Shown here: positions 14,703-27,090 of the stretch, one piece after another
How the letters are laid out: each line of letters begins with the position of its first letter
Position numbering within the stretch: position 1 is the stretch's first letter
Origin: Takakia lepidozioides
Lineage: Eukaryota > Plantae > Bryophyta
Direction: 5' to 3'
Assembly: GCA_030704615.1 (NCBI GenBank)
Contig: CM060732.1
Span: 40,176,001-40,240,000, forward strand
DNA: 64,000 nucleotides
Translations under genes and position numbers: made by a program
Notes under the pieces: model-generated
The model's input: the letters and a program-made list of their open reading frames with translations, nothing else
What the model was told of the DNA's origin: nothing
The model's database searches: none

Positions 14703-17700
14703 CGGCGGATGCCTCCGCGTGAGCCTGGCCGCGTGAGCGTGTGAGCGCGGCCAAGCTCACGCCACGTCACCGGTTCTCGCCACGTTGGCTCATGGGTCCG
14801 ACGTCACGTCAGCAGTCTTCGTCAGCGTGGTTAACGCCACGTCACGCCTTGCCATGTCATTTCCACGGGTGTACCTATGACCGCGGACAAAATAGGAAGA
14901 AAATGGCCTATAGTCGCGGAATTGATAACCGTAGACTATTTTTTTTTTTTTTGCATTCGACACTCGGCATTTGGGTGGATGTGATAATCGGTGCCGATCA
15001 TTACTTCTGGTTTTTTTTTTTTTTTTTTTTAAATATTTATTTGCTTTTGACATTTGGCATTTGGGTGGATGTGATGATCAGTGCCGAAAATCACTTCTGT
15101 CAGTGCCGCCGATCATTTTTTATTTTTTTTAAATACTTTTCTTTCATTCGGCATTAGGGTACCGACCATCACATCTGTCGGTGCCGCCGATCATCACTCT
15201 CTGTTTTTTTTTTTTTTTTCTTGACATTCGGCATTTAGGTGGATGTGATGGTCGACACCGACCATCACTTCTGTCGATGCCGCTGATCATCACTTTCTGT
15301 TTATTTTATTTTTTATTTTTTATTTTTATTGGCTTTTGACATTCGGCATTTGGGCGGATGCGATGGTCGGTGCCGACCATCACTTCTGCCAGTGCCGCCG
15401 ATCATCATTTTTTTTATTTTTTTTTCTTGACATTCGGCATTTGGGTGGATGCGATGGTCGGTGCCGACAATCACTTGTGTCAGTACCGCTGATCATCACT
15501 TTCCGTTTTTTTTTGTTTTTTTTTTCCCCATTCGGCATTTGGGTGGATGTGATGGTTGGCACCGACCATCACTTCTGTCGGTGCCGCTGATCATCACTTT
15601 CCGTTTTTTTTTTTTAATTTTAATAATTATTTATTGGCTTTTGACATTCGGCATTTGGGCGGATGCAATGGACGGTGCCGACCATCACTTCTGCCAGTGC
15701 CATCAATCATCATTTATTTTATTTTTTTAATTTTTGACATTCGGCATTTGGGTGGATGCGATGGTCGGTGCCGCCGATCATCACTTTTTTTTTTTCTTTT
15801 TTTTTTGACATTCGGCATTTGGGTGGATGTGATGATCGGTGCCGACCATCACTTCTGTTACCGATCACCACTCTCCGTTTTATTATTATTATTATTATTA
15901 TAATTTGACTTTTGACATTCGGCATTTAGGTGGATGTGATGGTCGGTGCCGACCATCACTTCTGTCAGTGCCGCCGATCTTTTTTTTTTGGCTTTTGACA
16001 TTAGGGCGGATGCAATGGTCGGTGTCGACCATCGCCTCTGTCAATGTCGCCGATGATCATCACTTTCTGTTTTATTTATTTATTTATTTATTTTTTGATT
16101 TTTGATATTCGGCATTTGGGTGGATGTGATGGTCGGTGCCGACAATCACTTCTGTCGGTGCCACCGATCATCACTTTCCGATTTTATTTTATTTTATTTT
16201 ATAAAATAGATTTAAGGTAGCTTTTGACATTTGGCATTTGGGTGGATGCGATGGTCGGTGCCGACCATCACTTCTGTCGGTGCCGCCGATCATCATTTTT
16301 TATTTTTATTTTTTTATTTTTTTTTGGTTTTATGCCCAGGGAACGCCATTTGTTTCTAGAATTCCACATCTTGAAGAAGATGAGAGATTCGGCTCCTGTA
16401 AGAGGAAATTGAACATCCCATCTGGTTCGGATTCCGATTCGCACAGGGCAAACCGTGACAACTTCTCGAAGCCTCGTGTTCCCCTACATGACAAATCCAT
16501 GTCCGGAATCCCTTTTCTGGAGGAACCTCCGACACGACGGCAGGCTCCAGCATCAAACAGTGCCACTGAAATGATGCATGAGAGAAACTACTCCATTGAT
16601 GTGCTAAAGTCCACATGCCCCGACCATGTTTGACACATAGAACAGGGTCTCGTGTGAAATGTACAGCGATCAGGGCAACTAATTTCGAAAAATGCACTTC
16701 GTCTGTATCTAGAGGTGGTACCCGGACTCCTGCTCCGACTTTCACGGGTTTGATGCGTCCATACGGCCAACCAGAAGCCAAGAACCACAAGTTCTGGTTC
16801 TGCGCAGACGATTGTGGTAGATGTGTGCATGGAACTGTGCGTCCTTCCGTGGTGATGAAGCCAGCTCCTCCAACCGTTTGGCCCGTCAAGGTGGGAACAC
16901 ATCTCACAAGTCAGGAGATTGCAATGCTGGAGGAGGCAGACTTTTCCCTTGCGAGACAACCCCAACTGCATGCATGTGCTTCTACTTCTGTATCTTCTCG
17001 GGTCCCCAACCAAACGAGATGGAAAGCTGGTTCGGCGTTTCCCTCCAACCGCTGACCACTTCGGCAAAGTAGAGTCCGCAAGAATGCTCCAAGCTCGTGT
17101 TGCAAGCACCACAGAAGTGCCGGTCGAGGATATGGTTGGGTGTACACAATGATCACTTCGACATCTGCTATTCATGACAGGGCCTACGACATCACGGTTT
17201 ACAATTTCCCCAATTGCACATGTTCTGACTTTGTGAATAGCTATCAACCAGTTTGGGCAAGAGAGGTAAATTCATACCCTGCAAATATTTGTATTTCATA
17301 TTTTTTAAGAGGATGGTTTGTGATCCCAAACATGACAACTTCGTTCACCAAGCCACTCTGAGTTTCAACGAGGTCGATACTCTATTGCAGCGGGATACAA
17401 CACATAGGTAGCATCTGCTATGCAATGTGGTATGTGGACGACCATGCTATGAAATGTGTAATTTGCAACATTGTCATGGAAATTCAATTCAAATCAATTC
17501 GTTTGCAACATCATCGGTGGTGCAATGATATGACGTCCCTTATCCCTCCATTATGCTTCCAACTATACTGAGTGAGCTCTGAATGGCAACTTTTAAAAGC
17601 ACATGCATCATTGCACCTTTCGAAGTCTACATATTTTCCTGTCGCTATGCACTGCAATCATCTTTTGAAGATGATCCTAACTCTCATTGTTATTTGGGGA

Positions 17701-18068
17701 AGGAGCAAGGTCTTCCCGTGGTAGCCTCTATGACACATACTTTGTGAGGATATTTTCTCGTCCTTGTAATTGTAAAAGTGAAACAAACATTTGTAATTGC
17801 ACAATGTTGGATGCTACAATTGTAGGCCCCATGGTAGTCTTCATTGTATTCAGGCAAGGATTCCCTGCATTAATCCCACGGTCATAGGACCATCCTCGGT
17901 TATAGGCGGCGCATGTTCATGCTGACGGCGCAGATGACGGCGCAATGCCACATCAGCATTTGTCGTCATATCAGCCTGCTGACATCACGTTCATGCCACG
18001 TCAGCGTGGGTGCACGCTCACGCCACGTCACTCCTATGTGAGCGTACGCTCACGCCATTGCGTCGTTG
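14703..18068 (+). mobile_element. Mutator-like (MULE) element with a SWIM zinc-finger remnant
   Basis: 9-bp TSD GTAGGGAAA (14694-14702) / GTAGAGAAA (18069-18077), GC-rich ends with GCGTGAGC/GCTCACGC. The SWIM motif YDITVYNFPNCTCSDF...PCKYLYFI is frameshifted (~17180-17310). Flanking ORF pieces (...HAYMVSL / VSLHRSITDN...) rejoin when the element is removed. Confidence 0.7.
14950..16325. repeat. ~14 copies of a ~75-bp unit with an internal palindrome, separated by poly-T/AT tracts
   Basis: Unit TTGACATTCGGCATTTGGGTGGAT-GTGATGGTCGG(TG)CCGACCATCAC-TTCTGTCGGTGCCGCCGATCATC. Confidence 0.9.
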
Positions 18069-19299
18069 GTAGAGAAACCATGTACGCATGGTAAACAAGC
18101 TGTTGATTGGTGACTGATTTGGACAGCCCGTGTTCCATGTCGTTGATATCACTTCGCACATCTGTTCTGATAGAAATGGAATGGGCTTCGAGCTTCTGGT
18201 CTATTTCCTTCATCCACTCTGCATGGCCCGCCACTGGCTTGGAGGCTGGTTGAATCGAGATCGACTCCACTGTGTCATGAAATAGGGCCTGTTGATGTTA
18301 GAGACTTTTAGTTTGTCGAGCAGCTCCTGTTCCAAGGGCGAGCTCCCATTGATACTATGAACACATTAACACACCAACAATAATTTTATTCCATATTCTA
18401 GAAGGGTATATTTGGCATTTATGTTTGTTGAGACTATAAGAGCACACCTTGCTCACGTAAATGTCCAATGGTCACTCTATATGAACTGTTTCAGCATACA
18501 ACCACCAACAATGATGCTTAGACTAATAGGGAGGCAAACATGTCCCAGCATATTTTAGTGTATGCATTTTTCAGAAGAAAAGGCCTTCGGCAGATGTATC
18601 AATTTTTATCTACATCAACAAGCTTCCAACAAGAAATTTTGCATCCACTAGGTTCACTTCTGACAATACAAATGTGACCTGGTTGGGCATCATCCCTTCC
18701 TGCATCATTTGCTCGACAGTCTCCCAAGGCATTCCCACCACCCTGTTTGGTATATCCTCAATCAGTATATTATACGGGATCTCGGGCTGCTGGATGGACA
18801 ATCTTGCCAGGCTTCACAATTGTTGTTGCTCAAGGTAACTGACCCCATCTATCTGATCCTGTGCCAGGTTGAGAAAGCATCTTTTGCTCTAATTTGCTCC
18901 GTAAGTTGAATAATGAGCTTGCCCTGCTTTGAACAGAAGACAACTAGCTGGTTATGATGGTTACATAACAATACTCCACATTGCTATACCCAGAGAAATA
19001 TGTCCAGAAGACAACTACATTTTGAGCATCACGCTGGTTTTGTTTTGGGCCGGCAGTCGATTGCTGTTTTCATGGCCTTTCTGTGCTTTTGAAGATCATA
19101 ACATCAATGAGTTATGTGTCCACACTCCACACCCAGGTCTGCAAATCTGTGGGAAGCAGATGCTTATAAGGTGAAAACAGTGGACCTGTACAACACATGT
19201 CACAGATGCTAATGAGATATGCCAGCTGTGCTCAAAGTATTGCTGACTAGACTGATGTGCACTACCTATACCCCTTCCTGGATCTCTCTCAAATGCTTT

Positions 19300-19571
19300 C
19301 TTGCTGTGCTGGCCACTTCTTCAAAGACTATGGGCTGTCGGTCAATCTTTCTTAAACTGAGATCATGGTTTTTAATGGCCATGCGGATCACAGATTCCAC
19401 TATAATGAGCAGGACATTGAGGTTGTCAAATCCTATACGTACTTGGGTCTGGTTATCCACCCACCCAAATTCCAGTTTGCCTCAACTGCTATGGACAAAT
19501 TGACGAATGGTAGGGCTGCCTCCATTCGCCTCCAGGCCAAATGTAAACAGAGCGCAAAAGTAGCTCTTTGA
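19300..19571 (+). mobile_element. LINE reverse-transcriptase fragment
   Basis: MVFNG...EQDIEVVKSYTYLGLVI matches the YLG box at the C-terminus of non-LTR RT. Confidence 0.6.
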
Positions 19572-19907
19572 TACCGTTGTCACCCACCGCCACTTATGGC
19601 TCTGAGTTATAGACATCTGGTATCCCAGGATTTTGTCAAACATCTGATGTGCATCCACGATGTCTCTGCATTTGATGTACATGTTGATCAGGGTGTTGTG
19701 TAGAAACACGTTAGGTTTGAATCCAGTTTGGATAATGTGGGAATGCACCTGCTTTCCTCTGCCATGCCTTTTGTCTTGATGCATTTACAGATTTGATAGT
19801 ACATAACACGAAACACAGACATACACTACACATTTGCGTCCCATGCATGTGTAAACCCATAAGAAAGATAGACCCTGTGTCTATGGGATAGGGAAAGGAG
19901 AACGTGC

Positions 19908-20062
19908 CTGAATCTCAATGAGAATCATTGAAAAGGAATATGCAAAAGCAATGTTTCCAAGAGCATTACAAATGGCCCATAGCTTCTGAGCATGGGTAAC
20001 GAAGCCCAAATTGGGATCGCCAATCAGAACCCCCGTCAAAGTTCCATGTGAATGATCGCTTT
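19908..20062 (-). pseudogene. Captured single exon of an amino acid permease (AAP) gene
   Basis: HGTLTGV...AQKLWAICNALGNIAFAYSFSMILIEIQ is the conserved AAP segment. It is flanked by an AG acceptor and a GC donor; no other AAP exon was seen. Confidence 0.8.
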
Positions 20063-23000
20063 CTGTGAACATCAAACGCCCTCCTATGTTAACCTATTTG
20101 CAAGCAAATGGTCTGAGTCCCTGCCGGTAGGTCGAGTGCAAATGATTCAAGGGTACGTGGATAAAGCAACAACATACAGGGAAAACAGTACTCCATCCAT
20201 GGAAAGCCTCCTGTCCAACCTGCCATCAATCTCTTTTCCTTCCCCAAATTGACCCGAAACTGGCCTCGATCATAAGTGCTTGCAAGAAGAAACATGCAAA
20301 ACAATGAACACTGTACATGTAGACAGGCGTAAGTATCTGAATCTGCTGAAATGCCTCCTTCATTCAAAACGAGCAGAGCCTCTTTCAGTTGTCTTGCTTC
20401 ACATAGTGTCCTCACTAGTCCACAATTCTTAGAAAAGATCTTGTGGACTTCTGTTCTTGGCCCTCTTTTGAAATGGGTGGCATGGTGGCAGTGGTTGATT
20501 TTATGGACTGTACTGCTGCTGCTGCTTCCAACTTGACCATTTGCCTGTGCAGGTTTCTTGTAGCTATTAATCCACAATGCCTCATTGGTACTCTTGTACT
20601 TCAAATGTAGCCCTCTCGAATGGATCTGGAGCCACACTCCTTACCTGTCTTCTATTCATGCTTCAACAACAACCATTCCACAGGTCCATGCTCTGCATAT
20701 GTTGTGACCATTGCACCCCATGACACCACATTGCGGTTATCTATGATGTTACACATTTCCTTTGCATCCTTGATGCTCCCACATTTGGTGTACATGTCCA
20801 CAAGGGTGGTACTCAGAATCATATTTGGTACAATTCCAGCTTTTTGGATGTCAGTGCTCATGATTTTTTCTGCCATTTTCCAGGGTTGCCGTTGCACTCC
20901 ATCACATGACATCTCGCTTGGGGGCAATCACTCCCTTATTCGCATCCTCTATGCTCCCACATTTGGCAGACATGTCTACGAGCATAGTAGCTAGGATCAT
21001 GTTTGGTACAATCCGAGCTTTCGCAATGTCAGCATGGACATGTTTGCCCTTTTCCAGGGCTGCCACGCAGGCACACGCCTTGATAATACAAATGTGACCT
21101 GGTTGGGCATCATCCCTTCCTGCATCATTTGCTCATCAGTCTCTCAAGGCATTCCCACCACAACCCTGCAATCAGTATATTATACGGGATCAAACCTCAT
21201 TTAGGGATTTTGTCAAACATCTGATGTGCATCCACGATGTCTCTGCATTTGATGTACATGTTGATCAGGGTGTTGTGTAGAAACACGTTAGGTTTCAATC
21301 CAGTTTGGATAATGTGGGAGTGCACCTGCTTTCCTCTGCCATGCCTTTTGTCTTGATGCATTTATTGATCAAGAGACAGGCGTAAGTATCTGAATCTGCT
21401 GAAATGTCTCCTTCATTCAAAATGAGCAGAGCCTCTTTCACTTCTCTTGCTTCACATAGTGTCCTCACTAGTCCACAATTCTTAGAAAAGATCTTGTGGA
21501 CTTCTGTTCTTAGTCCTCTTTTGAAATGGGTGGCATGGTGGCAGTGGTTGATTTTATGGACTGTACTGCTGCTGCTGCTTCCAACTTGACCATTTGCCTG
21601 TGCAGGTTTCTTGTAGTTATTAATCCACAATGCCTCATTGGTACTCTTGTGCTTGAAATGTAGCCCTCTCGAGTGGATCTGGAGCCACACCCCATGCATG
21701 TCTTCTATTCCTGCTTCAACAACAACAATAACTGTGTAGATTCTCAGCACCTGACACTGACAACCTAAAATCTATTTACCACACACCCCTACCTTGGTAC
21801 ACACTATAGTCCTATGCTCAATTGCTGACAAGACTTCAAAAATATGTTGGGAGAGAGGGATGATGGCCATTAATTCATCTTCTTATCTACATTTGCTGTA
21901 AAATAACTGGCATGCACCTTTTTGCCTTGTTTGTCCCACCATTGACTGGGGTTTGAATTTACGTACTCCTTCCAAAGCTTATTCTCTGTTTCCAATTTGC
22001 AGATATATGCCTGCAACCCCATTGGAAACGTGCAAAAACACTCAGAACCAACATGAATTCACTGGATGAGCTGAATTCCAGAACTAGACATCTGAAAAGT
22101 AGGGATGAATCTGACAAGAGGGAAAAACCAAGCCTAAAGTTTTGAAAAAGAAGATGGCCTCACCGTGTTCTGCTTGAAACTTGTGTCATGGAAGCAGCTA
22201 GCTTTTCTTTCATTCGAGGAGGATTCAACCAACCCTCAATCTGTAGGACACTTGATCCACACTGCTGGTGTCTGTACTCTAGTAATCTTGGATTGGCCTG
22301 TGCAAATCCACTGGGGTGCAGTTGAGCAGCAATAATTTCAACAAAGCATCCAGGCTTCCAATTACCTTCTAAACACCAGGAAAACCTTGGGCAATACATT
22401 TCCATGGCCTGCTTAGAAACCATTGAAATAAACACTTTCGCATAACAAAATAACTCCACCACCCAAGAAAAGCCCCACCTGGCCATTGCGGTTGTCCCAG
22501 CGGTGAAAGATCTTTAAAGGACTCTTGCCAACACTGTTCCATGCTCCATGGTTGACCTTCATGCTAGAAACTCCAAGAGCATGGCTAACGCATGCACCCT
22601 TTTGACAGGTTACGCTCCCGCTGGAAAATTATGAACTCTTCAGAATCTCTGTAGGAGACAGAGCGTTTTTGTCATTGTCGTGACCCCCGGCAACTATAAC
22701 CGTGTTCCCAATAGCTCCACAAGCAAAGAAAGAGCGGGTGGTGGGCATGTCTGCATACCGGCTCCACATTTGAGTGAAAAAAATATACGTATAAACTGAC
22801 CTGAGATTTGTGTTTTATGCTTCAGTTCAAAATGGCATCATTACCAGCTTTCTCAGGTATTTGATTGGTTACTTAGAGGGGAAATTATGTCTTGCTTGCA
22901 GACTAATCTCTTTTGCATCAATGCAAGTGTTGTATGTTGTTCACATTAGGAGATTGAAGTTCTAACTGGAAGGGGGGCAAATGCAGCAGGCATCAGCAAA

Positions 23001-25009
23001 GTAGAAATGGACAGCGCTGAATTGCATACAACTGGCAGCCACGCATGACTCACACAGTAAGAGTTTCAAGAATCGCTGCCAAGGGAAGAGTGCATCTGGC
23101 CACAGGGAGGTAGTTAACAATGGGAACTGGGAACATGCAAACATAGGAACACGGTTGTACCTTCAATTTAGGTGTTAACTGAGGAACCCATTCTACAATA
23201 TGAGGTGTTACCTGGAGAAGGTACAACAGGATCTTCAATCTGTTTGACACCTTGCGTGGTCTCCCCTCTATAGGAGGAGCCAATAAAATGACTAAAGTAA
23301 GAAAGGAAGAAAGCCAAAGAGGGAAGTTGGTTAATATTTAACATAGCAATAAGTTATACATACTGAGCGCACCTCTTGCAAAAGTTGCCAATAGCGAGGC
23401 ATGCAGGCAATCATGGCAATCAATGCAGTTGCGTTGTGTGAGGAGGCGTGTCCTATACTTAACCGTTCTAGGGGTGGTCAAAACGCCTTACTAATCCAGG
23501 TATAGAGTGTAGTGCTAACCTTAATGTAGGGTACATATACATATTCACCTCCCAACCGTCGGTTATCTATTTGCTCTGTTTTGTAAAAATACCATGTATG
23601 CGGTTATGTATACCTACTAACCGGGGTGATAACCGACTCACTAACCAAGGTAGAGTGCTATACCCGGCCAACACTGGTAGTAACACCTAAATGTGTGCAT
23701 TTAGTGAGTGTGGCTTACACAGGAGGTGCACTGAGGAGATAATGGTACCATTGGATTAGCAATACAACAACCAGGGCCTCATATGAATTACAAATTTTTT
23801 GATGCAAGTGGCCATTTCATATGAATTATCAAAGTCTTGAATCCACATTTGCTTATGTGTGTGCAGTCGACCCAACCAACGTTTTTTTTATGCGCGAAAT
23901 TTTGCCACTTTTCGATCCAGAATTTGGCCTCACGAAATTTACAAAGGAATTATGGGTTAAAATATGGCACTGTTTCGCATTACTGCCCTCACTAATGCCA
24001 TCATGTCGCTGCAATGAGGACACCGCCTGTACAACTTCGCACAGGGAAAGAGCCCCATGCCATTTGGGTTCGTTAGATCCAGATAATCTTGCCTATCGAT
24101 TTCTAGAAACCCTACCACCCTGCCAGCGCAAGGAGCAAAGCCTTGGGTTCAAACTCTTCCCGCTTTCGCCAAGGGGTTGAGCTATGGAGGGAACTCTCAT
24201 TTAGGTTTCACTTACCCGCCTAGTATCCGTGTCATGCACCTCCATTTAAGCAAACTTGCACCGTCTCTTGCACTGGTACATAAGGCTTTGAGAAGAGTTG
24301 ATGATCTTGCACAAGATTAGTCATATTTGTCAATGGATTGTATCCATGTGACAGAGTTGTGCTAGGCTTTGCAAGATGCAGTGTCGTTGTTACTTAGAAA
24401 AAATTACCTCCCTTGTCGCTCCCACAAACCGGACACTACATGAGTTGAGTTCGCATAAAACTCATCAAACATTCTTGATAGTAGCCACCGGTTCGAGAGC
24501 ACATGCCACAGAGTCACCAATTGATCTTCCTCATAGGCCACCCAAGAGCCAACATGGCTCAAGCTCCTAAATGAAGAAAAAAAACGCTGGACCCAACCAA
24601 AGCACACCCAAAATATATCTAATGCAAAGCCTGCCTCACATGCACAAGTGCTGCATCTAAAAGCGTGTCTTCCTTAAGCCATTCATAACTTCGTGAGCAC
24701 TTGCCCATGACTTGGCAACCATTTTATAGTGGTATTCAATGCATCAAAAGTCAAACCATTGATGGTCTTAAAACTAACCACCAACAAAATCAAGTCTGGC
24801 CAAAGAGATTTGCCAATGTGTGCAACGGCGGGCCTCAAAACTAACCACTCCAAATCAACTCTGACCAAAGATATTCTCAAAGCTGACTGCCTTCCAAATC
24901 CACTTTGACAAAAGAGATTCACAAAAGACATGAACGTGGGTCCCGGGCATCAGGGCCTTGAAACAACCCCTTAAGTATATCCATGGTCGTTGCATGCAGG
25001 TGAGATCAC

Positions 25010-27090
25010 TCAGAAGCTTAATTTCATATTACGTGATTGCAATGGGCTCAAGTTCATATTACGTGGTTGTAGTGGGATTCTTGTCACAGCAGGGGGACGT
25101 AGTGGGCAAACCACAAGGTGGGCAGTGTCCTCGCCACGGGCCTTGGCGCGACACTGCTCCATGGCGATGCGTTGATTGTACCTGCATATGGGTGGAGCAT
25201 TAATGCCGCAGTGAGGCGCCAAGTATCCGTTAGGGGGAATGAGGTGATTGTTTTTCATTGCAGAATGCAGACGATCACATGTCGCTACACACGCCTTGGT
25301 GCTCCAAATCGCATCGAAAACCTTCTTTTGGGCTCGCTCTTGCTGTCGGAATCGCTTCTGGGCTGCCGTCTCTTCCTGCTCAGCAACTCGTTTCATCTTG
25401 GCAGCCATTTGCTCTTCCTTCTTCCATTCACGTGCTCGGGTAGCTATTTCTTTGAGCTTAGCCTTCTGTTCTAGTGCAACTAAGTAGGTGTCTAAAGTCA
25501 TCATAATAGATTTACTATGATCTATGATTGGTTCATTTTCATTTCTGATTGCCTATGTGTGCTTGCAGGTGCTTCTGGGAGAACAAGGAACCGAGAGATG
25601 GTAGATGGACGTCCACCTGACGTCGGTGATGGCACCGTATGTACAACTTCGGTCGTATCCACCTGACCTGACTCCTCAACGCTGCCGTCTTGAATCAGCT
25701 GTTCCTGTTCATTATGGCCAGTGTGTTCAATGTACCCTCTGATAGGTCCCAGTGTAATACGAGATCAATCGTTAACGATTAATCATGAATCATCCAATAT
25801 GGGAACTGTTGGTTCACCCTTTGAACCATTTTATATTGACATCATACTTGTCTAGTAACTTTAAGAGGACATGTACAAGACACTCGCAAAGTTTCAAATC
25901 AATCCAAAATCATTTGGCAGGGGAATGATTGGTTCACCCAGAGGCAATTTCAGGGGGCTGCACTAGCAATTGCCATTTCACAGGCTACAATTGCAATTTG
26001 AGGGGCTGGAATTGCCATTTCAGGGGGTAGAATTGTAATTCGAGGGGGTTGGAATTAAATTTCAGGGGCTTCAATTGCAGTTTGAGGGGTTGGAATTGAC
26101 AATTTCAAGGGCTCAAATTACAATTTGAGGGGATTCTATTTTGATGAAGTAGTGGTGATGGTCTTCCCGTGTCTCAGGTATAATATTGCCCAAGATCTCC
26201 TCGACGTGCAATTCAACAAACTCGTGTTCAACCTCCTCTGCTGGATTGTTGTCTTGGACTGTGGCATGTGACTCTATTACAGCTTGTGGTGGTGTTGGCA
26301 TGGTCTGCTCCTGTCGTTCGGGCTGCGTGAATGCATTGCTAGGGCCCATGATCTTTCCTTCCATCGCATGTAAATTAAGGGGCCAAATTCCTGTGGATTG
26401 GAACCCCTTGGCTATGTTCTGACGTGTGAGTGCAGTCTTCAAGGCCAGGCTGACCCACTGAGCCAAGTCCTCCTTCTGGGCCCCCTTTCCTTTGTGAGCC
26501 TTGCTCCAAACGTCCCTGTACTTTCTGAATGCAGTTTTAAAAGGCTTAAACACGGCCGCATCAAGGGGCTGCAATGCATGTGAGGTGTGAGAGGGAAGGG
26601 TGATCAGATTCAGACCTGCTGATCTAGCTTGTCTAACCACGTCTATAGTGACATGTGAATTATGACCATCAAGGATCAATAAATGTCGATTTGTCACACT
26701 GACCTCATTGCCCATGGCCTTTGCTGATTCCAGGAAATGAGAAATCCACTTGCTAAATAGTATGCTAGTCATCCAAGTTTTCTTTTGCATTGCCATCGTT
26801 GCTCCTGACTCACACCTTGCAATGTAGTTCCTACTGAAGCGTTTTCCCTTGAATATATAAAAATTGGGTATGTGACCACTTGCTGCATTCATGCAGGTTA
26901 GTACGCTGAGCCACTCTCGTTGGTCTGGCGTAATGGAATGTACAACTTTTGTTCTAGTTTTGGCAAGCACCACAGCTCCGCCATTTCGTCCAGCTTGGTA
27001 GCCCGATTCATCACAGTTCCAGATCCTGCAAGCATCATAGTTGAACTTGGTATAGATCAACTCTAGGTTGGTGTAGAAAGATTGAACGTT
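25010..27090 (-). mobile_element. pogo/Tc5 (DDE_1) transposase, 5'-truncated and interrupted
   Basis: IWNCDESG...WMTS...LLILDGHNSH...LPSHTSHALQPLDAAVFKPFK in ORF 26113-27201. A K/E-rich C-terminal part lies at 25010-25504, separated by a ~0.4-kb insertion. Confidence 0.85.
25940..26135. repeat. ~22-bp minisatellite (CAATTTCAGGGG...GGAATTG)
   Basis: About 8-9 diverged copies visible. Confidence 0.7.

Larger units (their letters stand above)
18610..22490 (-). pseudogene. Captured, shuffled fragments of a PDF-motif+PLS-PPR gene paralogue
   Basis: KLWKEYVNSNPSQWWDKQGKK (exon ends 21918), an intron, then IHSRGLHFKHKSTNEALWINNYKKP...LVRTLCEAREVKEALLIL...DSDTYACLL, followed by PPR motifs (LVDMYTKCGSIKDA, NVVSWGAMV). 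Internal duplications: ~20330-20660 = ~21375-21720, ~19625-19790 = ~21203-21365, ~18668-18782 = ~21087-21192. Confidence 0.85.
4040..23676. mobile_element. 19.6-kb hAT-type TIR element (no transposase seen) carrying nested TEs and captured gene fragments
   Basis: TIRs CAGTGTTGGCCGGTTATA (from 4040) and TATACCCGGCCAACACTG (to 23676) match 17/18. The 8-bp TSD is GTAATAAC (4032-4039) / GTAGTAAC (23677-23684). Subterminal CGGTTA/TAACCG motifs cluster at both ends. Confidence 0.8.

Noticed and set aside
14950-16325. CRISPR array
   Set aside because: The spacers are low-complexity T tracts, the repeats are ~75 bp, there are no cas genes and the context is a eukaryotic TE.
15336-16412. Phe/Lys-rich ORFs in the repeat arrays (also 28845-29512)
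   Set aside because: They are translation artefacts of repeats and homopolymers.
22525-22536. Internal GCCAACACTG as an alternative hAT right end
   Set aside because: The match is shorter, with no TSD and no subterminal repeats.
23821-24950. Short ORFs as genes
   Set aside because: No recognisable motif or exon chain; probably decayed TE sequence.
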